A stretch of 63,964 bases of DNA, the filler included, from Basidioascus undulatus (taxonomy: Eukaryota), in NCBI GenBank assembly GCA_000826855.1. It is 4 parts of 4 records of this genome, joined end to end, with 100 filler letters (N's around TTAATTAATTAA, not from the genome) between each part and the next. Parts side by side here need not be neighbours in the genome. Positions count along the whole stretch, not along the records: positions 11,255 to 42,834 come from JTLS01000104.1; 3 more parts are not named here. The stretch is one strand, 5' to 3'. Numbering within the stretch: the first letter of the stretch is position 1; every line of letters starts with the position of its first letter. Below, in pieces: positions 26,438 through 38,277 of this stretch. The position numbers were made by a program, and so were the translations under genes. The notes beneath the pieces are model-generated. The model ran no database searches and was not told the DNA's origin. It saw nothing but the letters and a program-made list of their open reading frames with translations.

Positions 26438-27006
26438 TCACCACCTTTCCTTCATGTCCACCGGCGTTCTAGCACGAGGCGGCTCCTCCTCTTCCTGCGA
26501 CCCCTCGACGCCTGGAAGACTGCCCATCCGACCGCTCCAATCAAAACCAACGCTCCTACAAGAGGCCTCCCTAGCATACAAGAACGGCGCCGGGGCGCTC
26601 GTGGTCGATCCGTCGGTGAGCGGGCTGCACGCGGCCGCCCCTTTCTCCCTGGCCCAGTCCCGCTGCCGCTCTGTGTCTGCCAGCTTTTCGGAGAGGCCGT
26701 TCAGGGCAGAACGAAGCGCGGCGTTCTCGCCCGAGAGGTGGGAGTGCAGCTCTCGGCCCTTCTCCGCGAGCTGCGCGTCTTTCGCGCTGAGCTGCGAGCG
26801 GAGGTAGTCGCGCTCGTTTTTGATGAGAGCAAGCGCGTCGGACTGTTCGGAAGCTCGAAAGTCTCTGGAACGAGGTGAGCGGCTGCGGTTGCGGCCGCCA
26901 CGCAGAGTCGGGGATGGGGAGCGAGAGCGGCGGCTCGAAAGCGAGTCAGCAGATCTGACCGAGATGCGGCGGTCCGACAGACGTTCGCCGTCGAAAGCGA
27001 GTACAT
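26438..27006 (-). CDS. Hypothetical protein with RS-like segment and coiled coil
   Basis: Open frame SRRSRSPSPTLRGGRNRSRSPRSRDF...ALIKNERDYLRSQLSAKDAQLAEKGREL...LSEKLADTERQRDW. 5' end uncertain. Confidence 0.45.
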
Positions 27007-28741
27007 GGCAAGCGGAGCGGCGACCGTTGAATGTGATGTAGTAGTAAGATCCCCCGCCTCGTCCTCTTCAGCAGGAAAGAGAAGCACGTTCTCGCTGTGG
27101 AAACCACAAAGTCGCAGCAGTCAGCCTCGTCCCGACCCCAGATATGAAAGTGATGCAAAACGCACATCTCGCCATAATATCAGAAACAGCGATTTCAACT
27201 GGGACCTCGAGATACCCATCGGTAGCTACTCGACGAGGAGCGTCCGGTCGTTGGCGGACTGCCTCGAACGGCGGTCGCGGTCGGCGGAGGCTCGCGCTGG
27301 CTCAGGAGGCCCGTAGATGTCGAGGCACAGCTTGTGTACGACTCGACCTTGCCGTAGTTGACCTTGCAGTAGTTGCCACACACAGTGCACACTATCACAC
27401 TTCCCTTCAGTCTGAAAAACGTTTCATTTGAAGACGGCCTTACTGCTTACACCTCGCCGAATGCCGAGTAAGTGTGGCACAGCCAGTCGTCCTTGTCCGC
27501 GAACCCGGATGGAGGAGGGTTCGGGATGTGGGCGATGTGAAGGAGCGTTTCGGGGAGGTCGTCTTGCGGAAGGGCGAGCGGGTGCACGCCACCCTCAATC
27601 GGAGATGGCAAAAAGGGAGTCCGGGACATTGGTAGGGCTGCAATTGGGAGTGCTGTCTTGGGGAAGAGTTGATGGTCGGTGGTAAGTAACGCTCGGAGAG
27701 GCCCACAGTCACGAACACAGCACGTGGTTGCATGCTGTCGTAAGTCGCTCGTAGTCCGGTGCACAAGCGGTGGTGCTCGTATATTTTCCAAAATCCCTGC
27801 ATTGATCGAGTCAGTCGTGAATCCATGCTGGATTAGGTAAAGACATGTGATTTTGGAACGGACACAGGACGCATGAGGGCTTGTCTGGAGTTCTGGCCCG
27901 GCTTTCGGTTCTCACATCTGACTTTTCAGGTGAAAGATGGGAAAATACACACAGTTTAATCAGCGCTTCCCCGAATCGACATTTTATCGCCCCCATTGGA
28001 GGTGATGGTGGGCCACAGTGAAATGCGGTCCTGCCCGGCTACTCTGACCACTCAATCAAAAGGAACCCCTTGATATCTCGCATCGTTGTGAATGTTAAGT
28101 CTGAGCTATCAATTATGTGAAGAATGGGGACAGGCTCATAAAATCTTCACACTCCCTAGCCCTGTAGCCTTCAGTGACCATTTGTGGACGGCGGGGAAAT
28201 GGAGGAGTTCTATCCAGAGCTCTTCATGGACTGAGATGAAGGGCCAACCTTGATGTTGTTTTGTGGTTCTTTGCGGTACTGCTCAAGGTTGAATTAAAAT
28301 TTCCCTGTGCAGGTTCGCTAACTGAATTCGGAGCTGCTACACTCATTTGGTGGGCAGTCATGGCACCCTGGGAGCGTACCACAGTCTCCAGGGAGCTGGT
28401 ATAGCTTTCAAACTGCCTTGACATCAGGAGAGAGTCTAAATATACAGTCGCGGGGAGTATAGCTCAGTGTGGGCGCGATTGTCGTGCATTTAACTGCAAG
28501 GCGCTATGATGGGGTGTACTGCTGTGCGTTGAAAGTACCGCCTCCCGGTACTTCGCAGCGCTCGAGCACCAGGGCCAGACAATGAAGATGTAGTATGACT
28601 CGTAAAGAACTCCTGTGATGTCCTTGTTACCTGTCAGGGTTGAGTTGTTTGGCACTCTTACAGCAGGACCTGGCGCAATCAGTGCTGACTGACGCAAGTT
28701 GACGCAAGTTCGCACGGGCTGCCCATCTTGCATTTACTATC

Positions 28742-30489
28742 ATGTTGTCCGCTCCTGCCTCTCCATCGCCTCCTCCAGGCAGTACATTTCCCGCCGAGTT
28801 CCACGACCGGCTCCAGGTGCTGCTCACCCGCCTGCGCGAGACGCACCCTTCGCCGCTCCTCGATCGCGTGTCCCGGGACGCCTCCACCGCGCACCTCGAG
28901 CGCCTGCGCTCCTCGATCTCCGCGCTCGCGGACACCATCGTCGATGGCGAGGGCGCAAAGGAGGCCAAGCGCGAGCTGCGCGCGCTCGAGCGAGAGGTCG
29001 CTGAGTGGGCGGACGAGGACGAGGCGAGGGAGCGCAAGGAGCCTGCGAGTCCGGTCCCCGCCGCGTTGACCCAGCATTTGGCTTCCATCATCGCCCACCT
29101 CTCCCGCCCAGTCTCCTCATCTTCCCCGTTCCCAACGCCGAAGATTGCGGATGCGCATCTCCTCCGCCTCCTCGCTGCGCACCCCGACCGGGTACTCCCG
29201 GAGGGCAAGACGCTCGCGAGCGTGCTTACCAAGCCGGACGATGGGGCAAATCAGTCGACGCAGATGGGTGAGCTGCAGAAGCGGGTGGAGCAGACGATGC
29301 GAAGGGCATGGTTTGACGATGTGCGCTGCGCTTCCTCCATTCGAGTACGTCGCGTACAGGCTGACCCTGTCGATCCCAGGCTATTGAGAAGCTCGAAGAC
29401 GCATCGACGCGTACCGAACGGCTCGCCGGCCTGCACACAGACCTCCACGCGACCATCGACACTCTTCTCGCGCCCTCCCAGCGCGCCGCTGTCGCGGCCC
29501 CATCGACCATCTCCGCCGCCGCTTCCCACCTCTCTTCCCTGCTCTCCCATCTGCGAGCGCGTGCCGCCCCCGCGCGCGACGCCGCACTCGTCAGCATCTC
29601 CTCCTCGTTGCCGGCCGACACGGACTCGGCCAAAGTCTACGTCGATGCCGTTCAGGCGTCGCTCGAGCTCGCAGAGCAAATGAAGGGCGACCTCGTGCGT
29701 TTCTGGGGCGGCCAAGCGGCCGACAGCGGACGCGTAGGCGACGACATCCTGCGCGGGTGGCTGGCGCACATGGCAACGCAGAAGGAGCGCGAGAGCATTC
29801 TTGACTTTGTGCAGGGCGGACGGGACGCTGTCATCGCACAAGTCCGATCATGGCTCGATTCCCCCGAGACACTCCCCGACATCCCCAAACAACAACGCCT
29901 CTCCCACCGCCTTCTCGCCGCACTTGTCTCTCCGCACGCCGTTGCGCTCCCCCCTTCCCCACCCAACACGCCCAACGCGCTCCCTCCTCCACTCTACACC
30001 TCAGCCCCGCTCCTCTTCGCACTCCAAAACCGCCTTCAAGCCCTTCTCGTCGCCTCCTCCCTCGGCGCCCTCGTACCCTCCTCTGCGTCCGCTGTGCTTG
30101 TAGGCCGCGCATGGGACCTCCTCCAAGCCGACGGGCGCCTCACCGCGCTGCAGGACGAGGTCGCCCGGGCCGCTGGGCCAGCTTCGAGCGACGCCGAGTC
30201 GGCCCTGTGCGAGGCCGTCGGGCGCGTGCTGCGATACGAGGATCCTGTGTTTGCGCTCCTGCGCGGGCGGCTGGAAAAGGCGCTCCGGGAGGAGCTACTG
30301 CCTGCTGTGCCGAGGGCTATGCGCACGGGACGCGAGGCGTCGGACCGTCGGAGGCAAGAGGAGGTGAGGGAAGTGAAGGTGAAGGGGATGGAGGAGCTCG
30401 CGAAGGAGGTCGGGGAGGTTGTAAGGGATGTGGAGGAGGCGATTGAGTGGGTACGGGACGTGTGGGGCGACGTGCTGGATCAAGTATAA
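28742..30489 (+). CDS. T-complex protein 11 (TCP11/Sok1) family protein
   Basis: LQKRVEQTMRRAWFDD (one intron) ..LRARAAPARDAAL.. LELAEQMKGDLVRF..ERESI.. LFALQNRLQALLVASSL.. DPVFALLRGRLEKAL resemble TCP11-domain motifs. Confidence 0.7.
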
Positions 30490-30884
30490 TATTACGACGG
30501 TTGCCATGTGCTTGTGTGCGGATTTGTTACATTGTTTGGAGCCACTTGCTGCTATGCGGTCGTCGCAATCTCGATATCAAATGCACAGACTGAACGGGCA
30601 TGTCTAAGCACTGCGCTCGGCCACTGAGTACTCGAGAGAGTATAAGTCAGATCCTTGGTTCTGGCATTACCTCTTGGAGGTTCTTAGAATTGGGATGTGC
30701 TGGTGTCAACAAGCCGAGAAGAACTGCGAGCTTCGCTGCGCAACCGAAGCGCTAGCTGGAACTGTGTTTCTTGCAGTCATTCCAATCATCAGACTCTCTT
30801 GCGCCCTCGGTTAGCGACAGCCCGGTCATGGGCTGGCACTCAATGTCCATGTTGAGCGCAAGAAGTCAAATGCGTGTCTGCGTG

Positions 30885-33029
30885 CTACGGTCCCCCACCC
30901 AACACGACCGCGTCGGAATCCCCAAAGGAATCCCTGTCCATCCCACCACCTCTGCCTCTACCACCACCCCCACGGCCGAAACCTCCTCCTCGTCCCCGTC
31001 CCCTGCCTCCCGCAAATCCACCCCTTTCCGACGGCACTCCCGGCGCATCCGCTCCCGGCCGCCCCGCCTGCGCTCCCGCCCAAGCCGCCTGTTGCTGCAT
31101 CATCGCCATCTGCAGCTGCTCCATCTGCATCATGGCGGCGAACGCGAGCTGCTCGGTGCTGGGCGTGAAGCCGCAGGAGCGCTCGAATTCTGCCCCCGCT
31201 GCGGCCCAGGAGTCGGCGGAGGCGGGGTCGAAGGAGGTCCAGTCGAAAAGCGGCGCGGTTAGGGCGGGAGCGGGTGTCGGTGTCGGCGGAGGAGGCTGGA
31301 GGGTAGATGGAGGTGGAAGGGGGAACGGCGTAGCTGGAGAGAAAGAGCTGTTGGGGTCGAACGCTGCGCCTGGGGGAGCATGATGCGGCATTTGGGGAGA
31401 GAGTGCGGGAGGAGGAACAGGCGCGTGCGCGGGCCGCGGCGGCGTAGAGGTGGCCGTCGCTGGCTGTTGTGCGAGGAGATCCAACACCGCTCTCCGAGCA
31501 TCCGAGGGATTAGAACTACTGCGCTTGTGTCAGTGTTACGCGGCCGCAAGAAAAGTAGCTCGCCATACGCGACCAACCTGGTCGGCAGTGCGGGGTTCTC
31601 GGGCCCACGTGATAATGGAGTGCCGGTCTGCGGGGTTTGGAACGAACCAAGAAGAGCGAGGATGCCGGCGGGGAGCTGGCCGGGTTGAGATGCGTTGGCG
31701 GTGGGTAGGCCAGCCGTGGACGTGATGATAGGGTCTGACGGGTTGCGTGTTTGGGAAGAGTTTCAGTTCACGCTCGTCACAGTCACCGGCTCGATCGGCA
31801 AGGAAGTAGGTGGTCGGAAGATGTCATATGATGTGATATAGGACGAAACAAGACATGTAAAGGCACCTTGTTCAGAAGTCGAAGCAACAGCAGACGTAGC
31901 GGAACTCGGAGCAGCAGACGAGGACGTCCAGTGCACCCGCGTCGCTAGCCGCGCCAGGGTGCTCCCACCGAACGTGCTGCTGGTCGTCCAGATGTCGAGA
32001 ACCTTCTTCGCTTTCTCCTGTAAAGAGCGAAACAAATATGGGCGTCAGAAAACAGTCGTTCAACAGAGGGTATATATGCTAGCTGTGCGGAAGCGGCCCG
32101 GACGGAGCGAAATGGCAATGCTGCGCAGACACGACGGTGAAGCGCTCGACGCGTCCTCGACGCGTCCCGTTATCTACCCCCTGTACTCCACTAAAGCCGT
32201 CCGACTAACACCATTCCATACACGAAAGCATCATCTGATCTGAATGAGCCGGAGCGCATGCACGCCTCGTGGAATAGGGAAAAGATAAATTGAGCATCTA
32301 CAGTGCCGCTCGAGGCGTTGCACACGTACAACCGGTCGAAAGTAATTCTACTGCTATGGCGCGTGCGCATCACACGTTCTCGCAAAGCGTCGCATGCGGA
32401 CAAGAAGGAATGTGAGGTTGCACCGATATGTGCGTCCCTCTCCCGCCAGCCCTTGCACCTCCCCGCCGTGCCTGGTAAAACACAGAAATGTGAAAAAGCA
32501 AAGCTCACCTTGTTCTCCTTCTCCCCGCCCTGCAATAGCACCTCATAGAACTCGTCCACGATCCCCTCCGTCTCCTTCAAAAAGCCCGCCCAAGGTCCCT
32601 TCGGCGCGCGTTTAGCGCGGCTCCGCGCCTGACTGGTAATCGCTTCCAAGACGTAGAGGCTGGAAATCTTGTTGGAGCCCGCCTGTCGGTGTGCATCAAG
32701 CAGAGACGCGACGAGGCGAGCTGAAGCCGACTATTTGCGAGTCGGACGACGCGAAAGGGAAGATGACCACGCGAGTCGATCGAAGGGCGAGACGATTAAG
32801 AGCTCGTTGTGTCAGCTACTGGGCCACGAACGAGCGTACTGAAATTGTCGAACCTCGACACTCTTAGCCGCAAGCTCAGTCAGGCGCTTGACCTTGGAAC
32901 CGGAGAGACGCTTGGCCTCGACCGTTTCTCGCAGAAGCGCGTCGAAGTCCTGCAGCCAAAAAAAAACCCCTGAGCGACGTTGGGCCACCCACGAGAATGT
33001 CGATAACCACGCACCTCGAACGTGCCCAT
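30885..33029 (-). CDS. RNA Pol II CTD-interacting domain (CID) protein, Nrd1/Seb1-like N-terminus, RGG tail
   Basis: MGTFE-DFDALLRETVEAKRLSGSKVKRLTELA..NKISSLYVLEAITSQAR..ENK-EKAKKVLDIWTTSSTF matches the CID pattern; C-terminal FDWTSFDPASADSW...GFTPSTEQL and RGG repeats. Confidence 0.8.
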
Positions 33030-34445
33030 TATAGGAAGTGATTATAATGATAGAGAGATTGTGGTGATGCAGGATGATGGGATGATGGATGAGGAAGGAG
33101 CTTAGCCGACCGCCAATCTGGTTCAGGGCCGGCGTGGAACAATTACCCAGAAGAGCGCCAAATATTTCAGGAATACACACAGCCTCTTCCTTTCTTGCAA
33201 ATTTAACAGAGCATTCGTCCTTTAAACCCTCTCAACAGTGCAGAACGAGGGCTCCACACCACGGAAGCTTCTGTCAGTCATTCTCCCGAGCTGAGCCTGC
33301 CAGCCAAGCGGTGGGGTGCCATAAGTTGGTCGTTGCTGAGTACTTTCATCTCATAAATCTTTTGGTTGTACCTAAAAAAAATTCTTGAATAGTGGCAGTA
33401 CCAGGCATGGTCAGTTCAACAGTTGGCATTCTGAATGTCCAGTTGACTTTGTGCAGAGGACGGTGTTGACAGTTCTTCCAATGGAGTTGAGTTGACAGGA
33501 GGACAGTTTTGTGTGTCGACGCTTAGGACAGCTCATGTTGAATTATGGAATTGCACCAAAGAATAGACCGTTGGAAGGTGAGCCTGGATGTGCAGCATGT
33601 TTTGGTACTTTAGACACGGCTTCAGCTTGCTTCAATGACCCGCCTGATAACAGCAATGACTTTGGCCTGTTCCAAGAACTCCAATCCTCTTTCTGACCTT
33701 GTTTGCCACCCGGACTCGGAATTCTTGGAATATATTGTATGCACAGACCGCGCTCAAAATGCTCCACCCGCCAACTTGCCCCTCCTCCCAGGGCGGGAAG
33801 TGTAATATTCCTGGGAATTTGTCCATAACATCTACAATTTTGCTTAGAGCAGGTATTTTGTTATTCTTCTTTTTCTTACCGTGGTGACTCATTTCGCCCA
33901 CAATACTACCAGCACGACACCTGTGGTGGCTGCAACTTGCTAACAGGACAAACGGATTGGCCCTCGAACATACACCGGCCCACAATCAGAGGCTCCCTCC
34001 CCGAGGGTTTCTCAAGAGGGATCCTGTAAATTACATAACATTTCGGTTAAAATACCTAGCCGGAGCTCATAGGCTGCCGGGGAGAAGAACCGCTGTGCCC
34101 TGTCACATCGGCTACGAGCTCGAGCGGCACGCGAGGTTGCCACTACAAACTGAAACAATTCAAAGTGGTCTCGGTGAGTTGTAAAGAGGTTTAAAGTTTT
34201 GGTAAATACTGGGGAAGCCTCCTTTGCTAATATTGTAGCGAACACCCAGGAGCCTTGCAGCGCTTTCGCTTTAACGTGTGCCTCAGCGTGCCGCAGACTT
34301 CCACGGAGCCATGGCAGACAACTCAGGTGTACTGTTGTCGAAGAGCTTAGCTACAAGGGGCAGCTTCTTTGATTCATTCGGCAACCGGTCAAATTGACAT
34401 GGACGTATCGTCAGGGCTGAGCTTCTACATCTCTGGCTCCCGAGT

Positions 34446-35546
34446 TTACACTCTCCGATATTCAACTCCAACTTCTCCGCAGACACTCTCCAACTGCCTC
34501 AGAGCCTTCCACATCTCCGGCGGAAACCTCAGTACCTCGGTGTATTCACGCTCAGCGTGCTCAGCGCCGGCGCACGCTCATCTTTGCGCCTCAGGAAATC
34601 CTCGAGTGCCTGAACGTGCTCCTCGAGGTCTCCGTCGATGTGAAACTCGAGCTCCTCCAGGGACCGGCGAAGATTCCTGAGAAGAGCGGTCTCCATGAGC
34701 GTCGAGAGAGGTAGGGCTAGAACGCGCAACGCTGTATAGTCGGCGAGGGATGTGATTTTGGCCGTGATGCAGCCCAGCTTGAGCTGCGAGAGCGTGCCGC
34801 GGGCGTCCTCGAGCGTGCAGTGCAACCCCTTCTTGTGCAGCTCGGTCCCATTGTCCCTGGCTCCGAGGGTGATCCGGCGGAGCGCCTTGGGAACGCGAAG
34901 CAGGCTGACCAGCGCGTTGCCATATCCCTGTCGAAAATTACATCCGGTCAGGCGGAGCGCCTCCACAGTGGAAGATCCCCGAGCGCGGAACATCTCAGTC
35001 AGCTTTGGTATTATGTGACAACGGAGGAAGATATCGAATGCATCGAGAACACGGAAGGAAGGAAGCGCGAAGAGCGCGAAGAGCGTCTCGGGAGTGCTGC
35101 TGTCGTCGCCACTGCTCAATCGAAAGCGCGCGGATAGATTTAAGGGCGGGGATCGGCCGACGGGCGATGAGAGCCGAGCGAAAGATGCCATAACAGTGTG
35201 GAGAGGCTATAGCGTCCAACGTTTCGAGATCAGGAAGTAGCCTCAGGAGGGTCACGGCGCGCTGCGTCGCTTCCTCCGAGGCCCCCACCGCGCCGCGCCA
35301 ATCGAGGGTGAGATGACAGACGAGCGATGCAAGGGATGGCTGCGAGTCGATAGAGAGAGAGAGCGCGATGAGAGACTGGGCAGTTTGCACAGCGACGGTG
35401 GAGTATAGGATGGGCGTGACGATGTCGTGCAGCCGGCGAGATACGAGCGAAAGTCGAGCGAGACCTTGTTGGTGCAAGTTGGACGGTTTAACAGCCGAGA
35501 CGATGTGAATGAGGGTTTCGTCGGTTAAGTCACCCAGGATAGCCAT
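34446..35546 (-). pseudogene. Intronless F-box/LRR gene with two frameshifts
   Basis: MAILGDLTDETLIHIV..LARLSLVSRRLHDIVTPILY F-box; LRR repeats continue only after frame changes near 35115 and near 34548. Confidence 0.6.
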
Positions 35547-36172
35547 GTTGTGAAGATGATGTTGGTCCCCAAGGGAGGTGCGCAGTTGAGCTGGGCTGTG
35601 CCACTGCTCCGCTTGGGCCGCTTTCATGCATATTTTTGCGTTCTTCCGGCATATTCCAGTTCTCATTGTAACGTTCGCAAAAGTAAGAATATGAGAACAG
35701 GCGGTTCGCATCAATTGCAGCAGGTCCTCAATTGATATGATTGTGCTTGCAGCTAGCAGGGAGCAGAACGTCCATGGGCCACGATGAGCATACACCGACA
35801 GAAATTTGGCAGTAAGCCGGCGGGGAGTGCCAATGCGAAGGAAGGAGCTGAGGGAAGGAGGGAAGGGGGCGGACGTGTGAAAGGCGAACAAGCCAAAGGA
35901 CCAGCCGCTAGGTATACAAAGGGTTGCAAGAGGGTATGAAGAAAGAACCAAAAGGCTTCGAATTTTTAGAAGGGTGTCCCGCAGAAGGCGAGCAGTCTAT
36001 GAAAATGAAGGGCATGAAGCTGGGAAATCGGCCCGGGAAGGAACAGAAGGGCGAAAAGAAGCGCGACTAAAAGCGCGTGCGAGTAGGATAAAGAGGGAGG
36101 AAGGGAGAAGGAGAGTGTTTGCAAGAAGGATAGGACAGCGAAGAGAGTCGTGAGGGGTCGTGAGGGATGGAT

Positions 36173-38277
36173 TCAGTCTGTGGGGGCTGCTGCGGGCGGC
36201 GGTGAGCGCGTCGCATCGCGCAGCGTTTTTCGGCGCTGGAACTCTTCGCGGTAGGCCTGTGGACGCGAAACAGGCAAGATCAGCTCGATTAGCAAGAGAA
36301 GAGGGGTCGACAACCCAGATTAACGCACAGGTGGGACGTCCGTCATGTCCTCGCTGCGTTTCCCACCCGCAGAGCGATCCATCCATCTCATCAGCATCCC
36401 GCGTGTTGAGCCCGCATCACAGGGACAGCCGATCTACTCACGCCTCATCCTGATTGGCGATGACGAACGGAATCGGGCCCGCGTCCTCGTGGTACCTGAC
36501 TGGTCCCTGCGACGCGCTCGACGAGCCAGGGGCGTAGCGGCTCTTGCCGCTGACGACAGTGCCCTCTGGTAGCCCGCCGGACGTGCTCGTAGCGGCCCAG
36601 GAGCTCCTGCGCTCGCGCTCGCTCATCGACGGCGGCGCGACGAAGGGGAACGGCTGGATCTCGGCGCCCGGCCCCGCCGTCGGGCTCGGCCCGCCGTCGT
36701 TGCCGTCGATCGCTTCGTGCCGCCCGTCGTGCATGACGCGTCCGCCGCTGTCCGCGCGCGATTGCTCGCGCTTGCGTCGCCGGAGGAAGAAGAAGAGTAG
36801 CGCTGCGAGGATGGCGAGGCCTGCGACGACACCGATGACGATGCCTGCGATCGCGCCGCCGGAGATGGAGGAGCTGGTGTGGAGTTGTGGCTGGAAGTCA
36901 GACGCTCTGAAGAGAAAGCGCTGGGAAGAGGACCTGCTACGCACCTGCCAGACTCGCTGTTACTACCGCCGCCGCCCGTGTTGGAAGGTGTTGCGGTGCC
37001 CTTATCGGTGGGGCTGGGTGTGACGGAGCGGACGCAGCTCGTGTCTGAGCCACTGCCGATGGTAAGCAGGTTGCTGCTCCCACCCGTGGTAGACTGGCCA
37101 TTCCCCCCCGGACCCTGTGAGTCTGCTGCAACCATGTCCCGTTCCCTGTGCGTCCACGCCCGCACCTCTTCCTCCGCAAAGACAGCAATCATGAGCTGCG
37201 TGCCCGAAGGCAGGTCCACCTGGTATCTGTGAGGGTTCCTCGTGTCAGGAAGGGGTCTAGTATCTGCAGCTGCAGCGGGAGCGGTCACGCACTCGGGGGT
37301 CGCTGAATTATCGGTCAAATTGGCGATGTTGAAAGGCACCGACTCGGGAACGAAGCCCCAGTACGAGTAGCTGTTACGCGTGAAATCGTTAGCGACGAGG
37401 TCCTCACTCGACAGGCGCTGAGAATGCGCACCGCGAGCTCGAATTCTTTCTGAGTGTTGCGAGTTTGAGGGTATCGCAGGTATTCCAACCTTCATTCGGG
37501 TCGACGTACTGTCCCAAGTGCAAGCTTTGTAAGCAACCGGGATTCGTTGGCGACTCCGGAAACTGCGCAACTCACGAAAGAGAAGCTCAAAGTGCCGGTC
37601 TGGTAGCAGCCATTGTCAGAACTCGATTTCACAGTTATGAGCTCGCTCGTCCCGCCCGTTCCGAAGCCCGTCGCATCGCTCATAGTCACCAAACTGCTCC
37701 GTCCAAAGTCGGACATCAGCATACTTTGGTCCTCGTCTCCCCGATTCACCCAGCTGGCAGAACCAACGTACAACTGAGCGTCCCCCTCAATTGGAAGCCC
37801 GATAAAGGTGTAGGAGCTTTGCGCATCATCGGGAATGGGGAAGTTGAGCAGGCGCCGGTGCTCGCCATCCTCGGTCTGCAGGGGGCATTGTGAGATGAGC
37901 AGGCTGCTTCGTCGCGCGGAATCCAACAAGCAGAGCCCGTATGTTGAGATCGCCAGTCCGTCGCTCCGAATATTCCCTCCCTCTTTCTAACCTTCCCTAC
38001 TTCCTCCTAACAGTCGGAGCTAACCTAGAGTCCTGAGATCTGCGACTCACCGGGATGATCAAGGCATGATACGGCGGTGTCCCTCCGCTCTGTCCTCCGT
38101 GCCTAGAATGAGCACCACATCCACTTTTTTTTCATCCCCTTACTCCCCTCCGCCGGTGCGACGCACCCACGAGAGCTGCAGCTGCTGGCACTGCACCGCA
38201 TCGCCGACTTTGAACGAGAACGCGTGCGCGAGGAGCGGTACCGCGAGGAGGCCGAGGAGCGGGTATGGCTGCAGCAT
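36173..38277 (-). CDS. Type I membrane protein: signal peptide, Cys-containing ectodomain, Ser/Thr stalk, one TM, PPxY tail
   Basis: MLQPYPLLGLLAVPLLAHA-FSFKVGDAVQCQQLQLSW; TM GGAIAGIVIGVVAGLAILAALLFFFL-RRRKR; spliced tail EDMTDVPP-AYREEF. Confidence 0.75.

Noticed and set aside
28451..28560. Second tRNA gene
   Set aside because: Only the A-box-like start fits; no GTTCRA T-loop and no matching acceptor stem
33400..33900. Possible LTR retrotransposon remnant (purine tract followed by TGTAAT near 33790)
   Set aside because: No second LTR, target-site duplication or recognisable gag/pol motifs
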